Part shown: positions 19,845 through 30,182 of the stretch, piece after piece | Numbering within the stretch: position 1 is the first letter of the stretch | Layout: each line of letters opens with the position of its first letter | Assembly: GCA_904420445.1 (NCBI GenBank) | Contig: CAJFVJ010000001.1 | Span: forward strand, 352,744 to 416,743 | From: Candidatus Adamsella avium | Lineage (GTDB): Bacteria; Cyanobacteriota; Vampirovibrionia; Gastranaerophilales; CAJFVJ01 | Length of the DNA: 64,000 nucleotides | Direction of reading: 5' to 3' | Position numbers and translations under genes: made by a program | Notes under the pieces: model-generated | Told to the model about the DNA's origin: nothing | Database searches by the model: none | What the model saw: the letters and a program-made list of their open reading frames with translations, nothing else

Positions 19845-20951
19845 ATGGACATTAATGGCAACATATTTCAAAATTTTCTTCTGACAAACAGAGCGGGAAG
19901 TATACGACCCAATCCGACAGGTCAAAATTCAGCTCCCTCAATCAACAGCCAGCCTGTAAAGGATGAGTTTGTCAGAACTTCCGATGCTCAAAAAATTACT
20001 CAAGTTGAAAGAACACCTGAGGAAGTTTATATCGAGCGCCTTTACAACGAAACATATGATGAAGTTATGGGGCTTATGCCTCCGATAGTCAAAGATTTGA
20101 ATATCTCAAAACCGAAGCTTGTGTTCGAAAAAGATACTGACCCAAATTCGTTTACACTTGCTGCATATGATTTTAGAAAGAACACGCTCGATGTTTCGGA
20201 ACATTTGATGAAAGAAAATATATATTTGTATTATGAAAAAGATGGAACGCTCCCTATTATGTGTTATGGAGAAGAAGGTCTCAGAAAAACAATAATGTCC
20301 CAGGACGCTCCTTATGAAGGGAGAGTTGTAAAATTGAACGAAGAGGAGAAAGAACTTGTTGTGAAGTCAAGTTTTGCCCATGAACTCAGACATTGTGTTC
20401 AGGAGCATCTTCTTGCTTCGTGTGAAAATATTGGAGATGAAACAATAAAAATATATGATAAAAAGAATGCTAAAATTATAAACTTATATGATGAGCTAAT
20501 ATCTCTTGATGAGTCAATGTTGCAAGATGGCATTGAAACGGATGAAAACGGAAAAAGTATTGCTGAGAATCTTGCAAGACTGAAAAAAGAAAAAGAAGAA
20601 AGTATCAATGCGTATTATAAGAGTTACAAACCAAAGAAGATGTTAGATGAAAATACAATGTTGAAATTCAGCATTTTCCCTGATGATAACAAATATTTAT
20701 CAGTGAAAGAACATTTTTTGGCAAATCTGAAGAACAAAATTGGAGGAACGGAAGATTCGGAAACAGAATATTATTCAGAACCTATGGAAATAGATGCATA
20801 TAATTTTACATCGGAGTTTATTATATACAGCGGGACAAAACCCGGTATAAGAAAAGATGTTTTAATCGGATTAGGTTTATCCCCAAGAATACAGTCTGAC
20901 ATGGGTTTTGAACATCTCAAAGAAAACGGATATCCGCCTTTGATAGAATAA
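19845..20951 (+). CDS. Hypothetical protein with a zincin-like HEXXH motif
   Basis: FAHELRHCVQE and downstream EIDAY; low-complexity N-terminus. Confidence 0.7.
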   Translation: MDINGNIFQNFLLTNRAGSIRPNPTGQNSAPSINSQPVKDEFVRTSDAQKITQVERTPEEVYIERLYNETYDEVMGLMPPIVKDLNISKPKLVFEKDTDPNSFTLAAYDFRKNTLDVSEHLMKENIYLYYEKDGTLPIMCYGEEGLRKTIMSQDAPYEGRVVKLNEEEKELVVKSSFAHELRHCVQEHLLASCENIGDETIKIYDKKNAKIINLYDELISLDESMLQDGIETDENGKSIAENLARLKKEKEESINAYYKSYKPKKMLDENTMLKFSIFPDDNKYLSVKEHFLANLKNKIGGTEDSETEYYSEPMEIDAYNFTSEFIIYSGTKPGIRKDVLIGLGLSPRIQSDMGFEHLKENGYPPLIE

Positions 20952-21143
20952 AAAAATCAGTTTGTGATGAGCTTTGTATTCAGGTTTGTCAGGTCAAGGA
21001 TAATGATTCTGTGCTTCATCATATCAGGGATTAGGAGCTGTTTGTAAAGAAACACCGTAAATGATTATTTGTAACAGTTAAAATGACTATCAGAAGATTT
21101 TTAGGCAAATTTTAATTATTACTATAAAAATATTTCTTACATC

Positions 21144-21172
21144 TTGAATAAATCAAACGTTTGTTTTATAAT
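21144..21172 (+). promoter_or_regulatory. Sigma70 promoter with a TetR operator-like palindrome in the spacer
   Basis: TTGAAT-17 bp-TATAAT; spacer contains CAAACGTTTG; ATG 7 nt downstream. Confidence 0.7.
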
Positions 21173-21178
21173 AAAAGT

Positions 21179-21802
21179 ATGAAACAGAAATTTGATGAAA
21201 ATTCAAAAGAAAAAATTTTAAATACCGCGATTAAACTCTTTGCTCAAAAAGGCTTTGACGGTACAAGTATAAGAGAAATTTGCAAAAGTGCAAATATAAA
21301 CATTTGTATGATTTCTTATTATTTTGGTGGCAAACAAGAATTGTATCAAGAAATAATTAGCAACTTGATAGAATCACAAAAAACTTATATGGAAAGTTTT
21401 TTGGATGTTAATGAAGATTTTTCTAATAAATCTAAAAAAGAACTTATTGAAAAACTTCAAACAGTCTTAGAAAAATTTATAGATTACTTTTATTCAAATA
21501 TTTCAAATGATTTGATTGCATTCTTAGTTAAAGAACAACAAAAAAGTGATTTTGAAATAAAACCTCCTGCAATAATTTATTTAAGAAGATTAGTTGCCGC
21601 AATATTAGACAAACCGGCTAACGACAAAGAGGTAATATTTAAAGTATTATTTTTAATATCACAAATAAATTCTCCTAAAATACTAACCACATTTTCGCTT
21701 AAAGTATTAAATCAGACAGAATTTACAGATGAAGATATTCAAGTAATTAAAAATAATATCAAAACTTATGTGAAAGCAACTTTCGGAGATGTTGATGATT
21801 AA
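21179..21802 (+). CDS. TetR-family regulator (YbiH/CecR-like context)
   Basis: KILNTAIKLFAQKGFDGTSIREICKSA...ISYYFGGKQELY. Confidence 0.92.
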   Translation: MKQKFDENSKEKILNTAIKLFAQKGFDGTSIREICKSANINICMISYYFGGKQELYQEIISNLIESQKTYMESFLDVNEDFSNKSKKELIEKLQTVLEKFIDYFYSNISNDLIAFLVKEQQKSDFEIKPPAIIYLRRLVAAILDKPANDKEVIFKVLFLISQINSPKILTTFSLKVLNQTEFTDEDIQVIKNNIKTYVKATFGDVDD

Positions 21803-23114
21803 AAAAATAATTTCTGCATTTATTATACTAATTTGTTTAAGTCAAAGTGTTTTAGCTTACGATTATGCCAACTTGAATTTAGAATTTTTTAATAAATTCA
21901 ATGATAATAATTTAAATTATTATATAAATTCTGCACTGGAAAACAACCATGAATTAAAGAAAACTGAATATAGAGTCGAGCAGTATCGTCAGCAAGTGAA
22001 GTATTCTTTTTCTAAAGAATTGCCAACTTTTAGCGTTGGAGCAAATTATCTAGGGATACACACTCCTAAATTTGGAAGTTATGGGCTAAGTGATAACGCT
22101 TTTGTACTTCCTTTTGTCGCAAGTTATGAAGCTGATTTTTTATTAAAAAATAGGGATAAAACTAAAAGTTATAAAAAATCTTATGAAGCTGCAACTTATG
22201 AACAAAAAGCAGTGTATTTATCACTTCTAAGTGATTTAGCGACTGTTTACACAAATATTTTGCAGTATGAGAATTTAATCCTTAACCAAAGAAAAATTGT
22301 ATCTAACAATGAAAAGATTTTATTACACAGCCAAAAATTATTTAATCGTGGAATAATATCAACAAGTGAATTGAATAATTCAAAAAAACAAGTTGAAGAT
22401 TCAAAAACTCAATTAAATAAGTTAGAAAAAGAACAAAAAATTTTATTAATGCAACTGGCAATCCTTTCAGGAATTTCTCCAGAAAACATTAACGATTTAA
22501 AATATAGTAATCTCAACACTTTTGAATACAGTGGAGATATACCAAGTGAAATTGCATCAGATGTAATTTTTTCTCGCCCCGATGTAATGGCTGCTGAAGC
22601 AAAGTTAGAAAAAGCAAAAATTGATATTCGTGTTGCCAGAAAAGAATTTTTCCCACGATTTAATATAACAGGAGTTTGGGCATTTAACACTATATTCCCT
22701 GGAAATTTCTTTTCTTGGGAATCTTCTTTAGCCTTACTTTTAGCGGGTGCAACTCAAGATATTTTCCAAGGCGGAAGAAAAGTTGCTAATTTAAGATTTC
22801 AAAAAGCAAAATATGAAGAACTTTTTGAAGATTACAAACAAACAGATTTAAACGCAATCAAAGAAGTAAACACAGCACTTTGTTTTGTTAAATATGATAC
22901 CAATACAGAGAAAAACGTAAGACAGAAATTATCTTATCAGAATACAAATTTCCAAAACGAGCAAAAGAAATATAACAGAGGAATAATTTCAGCTATTGAG
23001 ATTTTAGAAATGGAAAACCAAAAGCTTGCAGTAGAAAATGAACTAACAAAAGCAAAAACACAAAAGTTAATTAATTATTTTACACTCTATAAAGCTGTTG
23101 GAGGTAAACTATGA
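21789..23114 (+). CDS. TolC-family outer membrane efflux protein
   Basis: Signal peptide, RPDVMAAE, ARKEFFPRF, C-terminal LYKAVGG. Confidence 0.9.
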   Translation: MLMIKKIISAFIILICLSQSVLAYDYANLNLEFFNKFNDNNLNYYINSALENNHELKKTEYRVEQYRQQVKYSFSKELPTFSVGANYLGIHTPKFGSYGLSDNAFVLPFVASYEADFLLKNRDKTKSYKKSYEAATYEQKAVYLSLLSDLATVYTNILQYENLILNQRKIVSNNEKILLHSQKLFNRGIISTSELNNSKKQVEDSKTQLNKLEKEQKILLMQLAILSGISPENINDLKYSNLNTFEYSGDIPSEIASDVIFSRPDVMAAEAKLEKAKIDIRVARKEFFPRFNITGVWAFNTIFPGNFFSWESSLALLLAGATQDIFQGGRKVANLRFQKAKYEELFEDYKQTDLNAIKEVNTALCFVKYDTNTEKNVRQKLSYQNTNFQNEQKKYNRGIISAIEILEMENQKLAVENELTKAKTQKLINYFTLYKAVGGKL

Positions 23115-23974
23115 AAAAAATAATACCTATAATATTGATTTTAGTAATACTTGTATCTACAGGAATATTCTTCATTCTAAAAAATAAGAAAAATCCTTTT
23201 GAGCTAACTTTGTACGGTAATATTGAAATTCGACAAGTTGATTTGAGTTTCCAAGTTGCAGGACAAATTGAAAAAATGCTTAAAGAAGAAGGAGATACTG
23301 TAAAACAAGGGGAACTTGTTGCAAAATTAGATAATAAAGATTACAACGCTAATCTTACAAAAGCAGATGCAGAAGTTTCAAGAACTCTTGCACTATATAA
23401 TGATGCAAAATCAAAATATGAAAGAAAAGCTCCTTTGTGCTCAGATAATACTGTATCCCAAATGGAGTGTGAAACTTTACTAAATACAAAAAACAAAGCT
23501 GATTCAGATTACAAAGCAGCTTTAGCTAATAAACAATTTACCAAAAACCAACTTGATTATACAAAGCTCTATGCTCCCGATGATGGTATTGTGACAGTAA
23601 GAGCTCAAGAACCTGGTGCAACAGTTAATAAAAGTCAACCTATTTATACAGTTGCCAAAAACAAACCTGTATGGATTAGAACTTACATTAGTGAAAAAGA
23701 TTTAGGTAATGTTAAATATGGACAAAAAGTTCAGGTCTTAACAGATACAATCGATCCGAATACAAAGAAAAATAGAGAATATGAAGGGCAAATCGGATAT
23801 ATTTCACCTGTTGCGGAATTTACACCAAAAACAGTTCAGACAACTGATTTAAGAACTGATTTAGTTTATCGTATAAGAGTTTATGTTGATAATATTGACG
23901 AATACTTGCGTCAAGGTATGCCTGTAACTGTTAAAATCAATTTGGATAACAAAAATGCAAACGGTAATAATTAA
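23111..23974 (+). CDS. HlyD-family membrane fusion protein (YbhG-like)
   Basis: LYGNIEIRQVDLSFQV, ISPVAEFTPKTVQT..LRTDLVYR, LRQGMPV. Confidence 0.92.
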   Translation: MKKIIPIILILVILVSTGIFFILKNKKNPFELTLYGNIEIRQVDLSFQVAGQIEKMLKEEGDTVKQGELVAKLDNKDYNANLTKADAEVSRTLALYNDAKSKYERKAPLCSDNTVSQMECETLLNTKNKADSDYKAALANKQFTKNQLDYTKLYAPDDGIVTVRAQEPGATVNKSQPIYTVAKNKPVWIRTYISEKDLGNVKYGQKVQVLTDTIDPNTKKNREYEGQIGYISPVAEFTPKTVQTTDLRTDLVYRIRVYVDNIDEYLRQGMPVTVKINLDNKNANGNN

Positions 23975-25436
23975 AAACTTAAATAAAAGTTTTGGAAATA
24001 TACAAGCGATAAAAGACCTTTCACTAAATATTGAAAAAGGCAAAATTACAGGTCTTATTGGTGCAGATGGTTCAGGAAAAACAACATTAATAAGACTTAT
24101 TTCAGGCTTGTTAGTTCCTAATAGTGGAGAAATTTCTGTCCTTGGGATTAATCCTGCAACAGAAAAAGAAAAGTTAAATCCTAAAATAGGTTATATGCCT
24201 CAAAAATTTGGATTATATGAGGATTTAACAGTTGAAGAAAATTTGAAATTATATGCAGATTTAAAAAATCTTCCATACGATTTTGATAAACTTCTAAAAT
24301 TCACCAAACTAGCACCATTTACTGACAGACTGGCAGGAGCACTATCTGGTGGGATGAAACAGAAACTGGGATTAGCTTGCGCGTTGATGGGTAATCCTGA
24401 ATTTTTACTTTTAGATGAGCCCTCTGTTGGAGTAGATCCTATATCAAGGCGTGATTTGATGGAAATGGTAAGGAATTTAATTTCACCGGAAACAACAGTT
24501 CTATGGTCAACTGCATATTTAGATGAAGCTCATAGCTTTGATATTTCGGTTGTATTAGACAAAGGACAGGTTATTTATGATGGTACCCCTGAAGATTTAG
24601 CACCAACAACTCAAGAATTTGAGAATAAAGTAATTGAATTAATGGGAGGGTATAAAGAAATTCCTTCTCAAATTGCTGAAAATTATCCAGAATTAAAATC
24701 AGATATAGAATGTACTGTGCTGGCTGATAATTTAGAGAAAAAATACGGAAATTTTTATGCTGTAAAAAACAATTCTTTTTGTATAAATAGGGGAGAAATC
24801 TTTGGACTTTTAGGACCAAATGGAGCAGGAAAATCAACTTCTTTTAAAATGATGTGCGGACTAGCTAAACCTACATCAGGAACTGCAAAAATTATGGGGA
24901 TAGATATTTTGAAAGAGCCAAGTAAAGCTCGTTCAAATCTTGGTTATATGGCTCAAAAATTTTCATTATATGGTAATTTAACTCTGCGACAAAATCTCGA
25001 ATTTTTTGCATCAGTTTATGGAATAAAATCAAAAAATAAGCAAAAAAAAGTAGATGAAATAATTGAAATTTTTAATTTTCAAGATGTTGAAAACCAAAAA
25101 GCTGACGATTTACCACTGGGGTTTAAGCAGAGATTATCTTTAGCCTGTGCAGTTATTCATAATCCGCCTATTTTATTTTTGGATGAGCCGACATCAGGAG
25201 TTGATGTAATCGCAAGAAAGGAATTTTGGAATCATATAAAATCACTATCAAAAAAAGGGGTAACAATCCTTGTTACAACACATTTTATGGACGAAGCGGA
25301 ATACTGTGATAAAATAAGCCTATTTTATAAAGGTGAAACTATTGCAGTAGGAACACCACAAGAGTTAAAAACACAATCAGGTGCAAAAAATATGGAGGAA
25401 GCTTTTATCAATTTAATTAAGGAGAGTGAAAAATGA
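23955..25436 (+). CDS. ABC transporter ATP-binding protein with two NBDs (YbhF-like)
   Basis: GADGSGKT and GPNGAGKS, LSGGMKQK, LLDEP twice. Confidence 0.93.
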   Translation: MQTVIIKNLNKSFGNIQAIKDLSLNIEKGKITGLIGADGSGKTTLIRLISGLLVPNSGEISVLGINPATEKEKLNPKIGYMPQKFGLYEDLTVEENLKLYADLKNLPYDFDKLLKFTKLAPFTDRLAGALSGGMKQKLGLACALMGNPEFLLLDEPSVGVDPISRRDLMEMVRNLISPETTVLWSTAYLDEAHSFDISVVLDKGQVIYDGTPEDLAPTTQEFENKVIELMGGYKEIPSQIAENYPELKSDIECTVLADNLEKKYGNFYAVKNNSFCINRGEIFGLLGPNGAGKSTSFKMMCGLAKPTSGTAKIMGIDILKEPSKARSNLGYMAQKFSLYGNLTLRQNLEFFASVYGIKSKNKQKKVDEIIEIFNFQDVENQKADDLPLGFKQRLSLACAVIHNPPILFLDEPTSGVDVIARKEFWNHIKSLSKKGVTILVTTHFMDEAEYCDKISLFYKGETIAVGTPQELKTQSGAKNMEEAFINLIKESEK

Positions 25437-26542
25437 AAACACTTTTTGCTCTGATAAAAAAAGAATTTCGTCAAATATTAAGAGATCCAAGCAGTATTAT
25501 AATAGCTTTTATTTTGCCACTTATTGCAATTTTAATTTACATGTACGGGATTAATTTGGATACTGTAAAAGTTACAATAGGGATTAAAAATGATGATGCA
25601 AATCCTGAAATCTCAACTCTTATTAAATCTTTTGGGCACAGTAAATATGTAAAATCAAAAATTTATGATAATGAAAAAGAACTTCAAGAAGATATTGTCC
25701 GCTCAAAATTAAAAGGTGCAATTATTATTCCAAACGATTTTTCAAAAAACTTATCAAATCGAAAACCTGCAGATTTTATAATTATAACAGATGGCAGTGA
25801 AGTAAATACAGCAAATTATGTTCAAAATTATGCACTTCAAATTACAAATCAATGGCTTGCAACAAGCAAATACAAAAATGCATCTACAATGCCGATTGTT
25901 ACTCCAACAGTCAGAACTTGGTACAATCAGGATTTGAATAGCCATTATTTTATTTTGCCAGGATCAATAGCAATTACAATGACGCTGATCGGAATATTGC
26001 TTACAGCTCTTGTAATTGCAAGAGAATGGGAACGCGGCACAATGGAAGCTCTTTTAACAACAAGAGTAAGGAAAATCGATATTGTATTAGGTAAATATAT
26101 TCCATATTTTACACTTGGAATGTTATCTATGACCTTTAGTGTATTTATGTGTCTTGTTGTTTTTAAAATACCATTTAGAGGGAATCTTTTAATACTATTT
26201 TTTGTAAGCGGATTATTTTTATTTACATCTTTAGGAATAGGCTTGTTAATTTCTTCAAAACTAAAAAATCAGTTTTTAGCAAGCCAGGTATCTTTAGGAA
26301 TAGGCTTTTTACCTGCATTATTACTTTCGGGGCTAATGTTTCCTATAAATTCAATGCCTTTAGTTTTTCAATATTTAACAATGATTTTACCGCCCAGATA
26401 TTTTATAACTTTTATTGAAAGTGAATTTATGGCAGGTACGGTTTGGGAAATAGTTATCATAAATTCATTATTCCTATCTATTTTAGGTTTAATCCTTTTT
26501 GTAGCTGTTTATAAAAACACAGATATGAGGCTCAATAAATGA
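25433..26542 (+). CDS. ABC-2 permease (YbhS-like)
   Basis: KEFRQILRD, AREWERGTMEALL. Confidence 0.92.
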   Translation: MKTLFALIKKEFRQILRDPSSIIIAFILPLIAILIYMYGINLDTVKVTIGIKNDDANPEISTLIKSFGHSKYVKSKIYDNEKELQEDIVRSKLKGAIIIPNDFSKNLSNRKPADFIIITDGSEVNTANYVQNYALQITNQWLATSKYKNASTMPIVTPTVRTWYNQDLNSHYFILPGSIAITMTLIGILLTALVIAREWERGTMEALLTTRVRKIDIVLGKYIPYFTLGMLSMTFSVFMCLVVFKIPFRGNLLILFFVSGLFLFTSLGIGLLISSKLKNQFLASQVSLGIGFLPALLLSGLMFPINSMPLVFQYLTMILPPRYFITFIESEFMAGTVWEIVIINSLFLSILGLILFVAVYKNTDMRLNK

Positions 26543-27648
26543 TAAAAGATGTTTTAAGAAGAGTTTTTGCTCTAATAAAAAAAGAATTTATAACTATTTG
26601 GAAAGATCCCAAAAGTCGAGGAATTATTATTGCTTTACCATTATTGCAGCTATTTGTATTTTCAAATGCCATTACAATGGAAGTTAAAAATATTGATGTT
26701 GCAGTCTTAGATAGATCAAATACTTACGAATCGAGAGAATTGCTATCAAGATTTGAAAATTCTCCAAGGTTTAGAAAGTTTTATTATGTAAATGACGAAA
26801 AAGTTTTAAAAGAAAAAATTGATAATCAAAAAGTTCAACTTGGAATATATATAAACAATGATTTTTCAAAAAATATTAAAAATAAAAAAATGACTGATAT
26901 TTTAGTAATTGCAGATGGTAGGCAAACCAATTCTGCATCTATCGCTTCAGCTTATGCCTCTCAAATTGTAAATGACTACAACAATGAAATTTCAAATACT
27001 ACTCCTCAATTAAATCCTACAATCAGAAATTGGTATAACCCTAATTTAGAATATCGTTGGTATTTGCTGACCGTTCTTGTAGCAATGCTTGCACTCGTTA
27101 TAACATTATTGCTTACAGCCCTTTCTATCGCAAGAGAAAGAGAAATGGGAACTTTTGACCAGCTTATTGTAAGTCCATTAACTTCTTTTGAAATTTTATT
27201 AGGAAAAACAATTCCGCCATTAATAATTGCACTGTCACTCACAACAATTATGACAACATTTGTAATCCTATTTTTTAAAGTACCATTTATAGGTTCGCCA
27301 ATTTTATTTTTTACCGCAATTTTTGTATCGTTACTTTCAATCACCGGAGTTGGACTTTTTATATCATCAATATGTAAAACTCAACAGCAAGCAATTTTAG
27401 GGGTTATAACTTTTCAAATGCCTGCAATTTTGCTATCTGGTTTTATTTCGCCGATAGAAGATATGCCACAAATATTGCAATACCTAACCTACTTAAACCC
27501 TATAAGATTTTTTATGATATTAGTGCGTGGAATTTTCTTAAAAGGAATGAGTTTTGAAGATGTATTCTATAATTTAATCCCACTAATTATTATTGCAATT
27601 ATTACCTTGAGTTTAGCTTCAATGACATTCAAAAGAAAACTTGATTGA
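26539..27648 (+). CDS. ABC-2 permease (YbhR-like)
   Basis: WYNPNL, AREREMGTFDQLIVSP, LLSGFISPIEDMP. Confidence 0.92.
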   Translation: MIKDVLRRVFALIKKEFITIWKDPKSRGIIIALPLLQLFVFSNAITMEVKNIDVAVLDRSNTYESRELLSRFENSPRFRKFYYVNDEKVLKEKIDNQKVQLGIYINNDFSKNIKNKKMTDILVIADGRQTNSASIASAYASQIVNDYNNEISNTTPQLNPTIRNWYNPNLEYRWYLLTVLVAMLALVITLLLTALSIAREREMGTFDQLIVSPLTSFEILLGKTIPPLIIALSLTTIMTTFVILFFKVPFIGSPILFFTAIFVSLLSITGVGLFISSICKTQQQAILGVITFQMPAILLSGFISPIEDMPQILQYLTYLNPIRFFMILVRGIFLKGMSFEDVFYNLIPLIIIAIITLSLASMTFKRKLD

Positions 27649-27656
27649 TTAAAAAT

Positions 27657-27944
27657 AATCGGATTTAATTTACTTAAAATATCCAGTTTTATCCGTGTAA
27701 GTTATATCATAAGGGCAAAATAGGCAATAATATAAATTCATTGACAGTAATTGGACAAGAATGATTAATAAAAAAAATTATTTCAGACACTCAATATTCA
27801 AATATAAAACCACAAATAACTAATAATTTTTGTACGTTTAGATATAATATTTTCTTAAAGTTCAGCTAAATTACTGTTAATTAACATGAAAAAACACTGT
27901 GGTTAAAGAAATTTATCCAAAAATTAAAAAACTATATCCACACA
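27657..27944. repeat. Degenerate direct copy of the element right end (41805-42126)
   Basis: Co-linear blocks: TTTACTTAAAAT, GTTTTATCCGT, AGGGC..AATAGGC.ATAA, GACAGTAAT..GACAA; ends ATATCCACACA versus ATATCCGTACA. Confidence 0.7.
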
Positions 27945-28025
27945 TAATATAACTTTTTTCAGTTTTGTATAAAAATATATTTAACATGTTTGTAATACAA
28001 TTATATAATAATAGGAGTGTGTTAA

Positions 28026-30170
28026 ATGAGTTTTTTATTGTTTATTATTTTAATAATTGTCATTGTTACAGTTTCAAATAATAATAAAAATACTCAAAAT
28101 AACAATGCTAAATATCAAACGCCTACGTATTCTAATCCAACATATAATCAACATTATTTTAGCACGAGCTCTATCCCAAAACTTAAATTTTATTCAAAAA
28201 AAGATACTCTTGAGTTATTTGGCTATACAATTACAAATTCTTTATTTTATACCAGTACTTCTAAATCAGATATGCCATTTGCTATATATACAAAATCAAC
28301 TCCAAATTTTGGAGAGACTCCTTCAGAAGGACTAAATTACTGGCCAAATTATAATCAGATAAGTAAAACTCAACAAGGTTATTTTATAAAGTGGTTAGCT
28401 AACGGAAAGCCTTATATTGAAGAATTAGGCTATGCTTACATTTACTATTATGGTTTAGAATATAGAGCTCTTGTAGAAAAACAGGATCAAAAGGAAGTTT
28501 TATTTGAAATTATAGATTTAGTTAATAAGTTTAAAAGATTAAGATATGGATACGACTTAATAGTTTACTTGGCATTATCAATTAAGAATTTTTCACAAGA
28601 TGAAATAGATAAAATATTAGTGTTTTTAAAAAATAACGAACTAGAATATATGTACAATCCTGCATATAATTCAATAATTAAAAATTTAACACCAAGCGAA
28701 GATTATCATGTAAAATTCTCACCTTATCAATTCTTAAATAATGATGAATACAATAATTTAAGTGATAGAAAAAATGAGTTACTATCTTATTATTTTGAGA
28801 AGATAACAGAAAACCTTGAGGAATCAGAACTTTATAGTGTAAAAACACAAACATATAATTATTATATGGCTATGGCGTACTATCATACTAGTAACCTTGT
28901 CACTTATAACGCAATTGTTCCATCAACAAAGGTAAAACGTCTTTGGAATCAGGCTCGTAAAATAATAAAAGATGAAATTAAGCAAACTGTTAAAAAATTT
29001 GACAGTTCTAGTAATCCTTTGACAGAAATTGAAAAACTTGCATACTTGCCTTCTAAATTAAGAAACAATATAAATTATTCATCTAATCATTTTGATTTTG
29101 GAGAAAAAACAATTTCTGACATAGGTACAATTGCAGAAAAATTAGGATTTAAAATGCAAGATAAAACAACGTTAAGACAATCTTCTTTAATTATAGATGC
29201 TTGTGAAGCATTTGGATATGAAATTGAACCAAATGTTAATGTTGACCAAAAGCCATATAAAAAGAATTCGAAAGTTATGATATATAAAAGCCAATTTCCT
29301 ATAAAACTTTCGCCTATTGATTATCATATGGCTGCATTATTTACAGATATTGGTTTAAAAATAGCATTAGAAGATAATGAACTTCTTCCAATAGAAATGT
29401 CATATATTGAAAACTATATAAAAAAGGAATTTACATTATCTCCTTCTGAAAGACTGCGTTTGCAAATGAGAACAGAATTAATTGTTCATACAAAAGAAAT
29501 AAACACAAATGATACAATCAAAAAGCTAATTAAAATGTTAAATGATAGTAGTAAAGAAACTGTTTCTAAATTTATAATCTCTGTAGCCAAAGTAGATGGC
29601 ATTATCAAGGATAGTGAATTAAAAATTTTACAAAAAATATTTAAACAGCTTGGTCTTTCTGAAGATTATTTGAATTCGTCTCTTTCTGAACTTATTAATA
29701 ATACAGAAGAAGTTGTTATAGTTGAAAAAGGGACCGGGACAAAGAGAAAAGGGTCGAAAATACCTACAAACATTGAATTAAATGAAAAAGTAGAGTTAAA
29801 ATTAAATGCTGAAAAATTAGAAAAAATAAAAATTAATACTTCTGAAATTCATAGTGTATTACAAGAAATTTTTGCCGAAGAACAAGCCGAAATATTAAAA
29901 GCTGAGCCAATAGAAACTACTAACTCAGAAGATATGGATAAAACTGAAATAGAAAATGGTTTACAAAACATCGTAAACATCATTATTGAAAAAGAAAACT
30001 GGACTCGTAATGAACTCCTAAATGTTATTCAAAATAAAGGAACGATGTTAAGTAGCACAATAGATGAAATTAATGAGTGGAGCAACGAAGAATTTGGTGA
30101 TTTTCTTGTTGAAGAAGATGATGATGTATATCTTGTAAATAAAGACGTTGTTAATTTAATTAAAAAATAA
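28026..30170 (+). CDS. sngA: TerB-N/TerB/TerB-C protein, Shango SngA-like
   Basis: N-terminal TM; YWPNY..IS..Q..YFIKWLANG, GYAYIYYYGLEYR, AKVDGII..SE, IDEINE. Confidence 0.8.
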   Translation: MSFLLFIILIIVIVTVSNNNKNTQNNNAKYQTPTYSNPTYNQHYFSTSSIPKLKFYSKKDTLELFGYTITNSLFYTSTSKSDMPFAIYTKSTPNFGETPSEGLNYWPNYNQISKTQQGYFIKWLANGKPYIEELGYAYIYYYGLEYRALVEKQDQKEVLFEIIDLVNKFKRLRYGYDLIVYLALSIKNFSQDEIDKILVFLKNNELEYMYNPAYNSIIKNLTPSEDYHVKFSPYQFLNNDEYNNLSDRKNELLSYYFEKITENLEESELYSVKTQTYNYYMAMAYYHTSNLVTYNAIVPSTKVKRLWNQARKIIKDEIKQTVKKFDSSSNPLTEIEKLAYLPSKLRNNINYSSNHFDFGEKTISDIGTIAEKLGFKMQDKTTLRQSSLIIDACEAFGYEIEPNVNVDQKPYKKNSKVMIYKSQFPIKLSPIDYHMAALFTDIGLKIALEDNELLPIEMSYIENYIKKEFTLSPSERLRLQMRTELIVHTKEINTNDTIKKLIKMLNDSSKETVSKFIISVAKVDGIIKDSELKILQKIFKQLGLSEDYLNSSLSELINNTEEVVIVEKGTGTKRKGSKIPTNIELNEKVELKLNAEKLEKIKINTSEIHSVLQEIFAEEQAEILKAEPIETTNSEDMDKTEIENGLQNIVNIIIEKENWTRNELLNVIQNKGTMLSSTIDEINEWSNEEFGDFLVEEDDDVYLVNKDVVNLIKK

Positions 30171-30182
30171 GGGATAATTATT

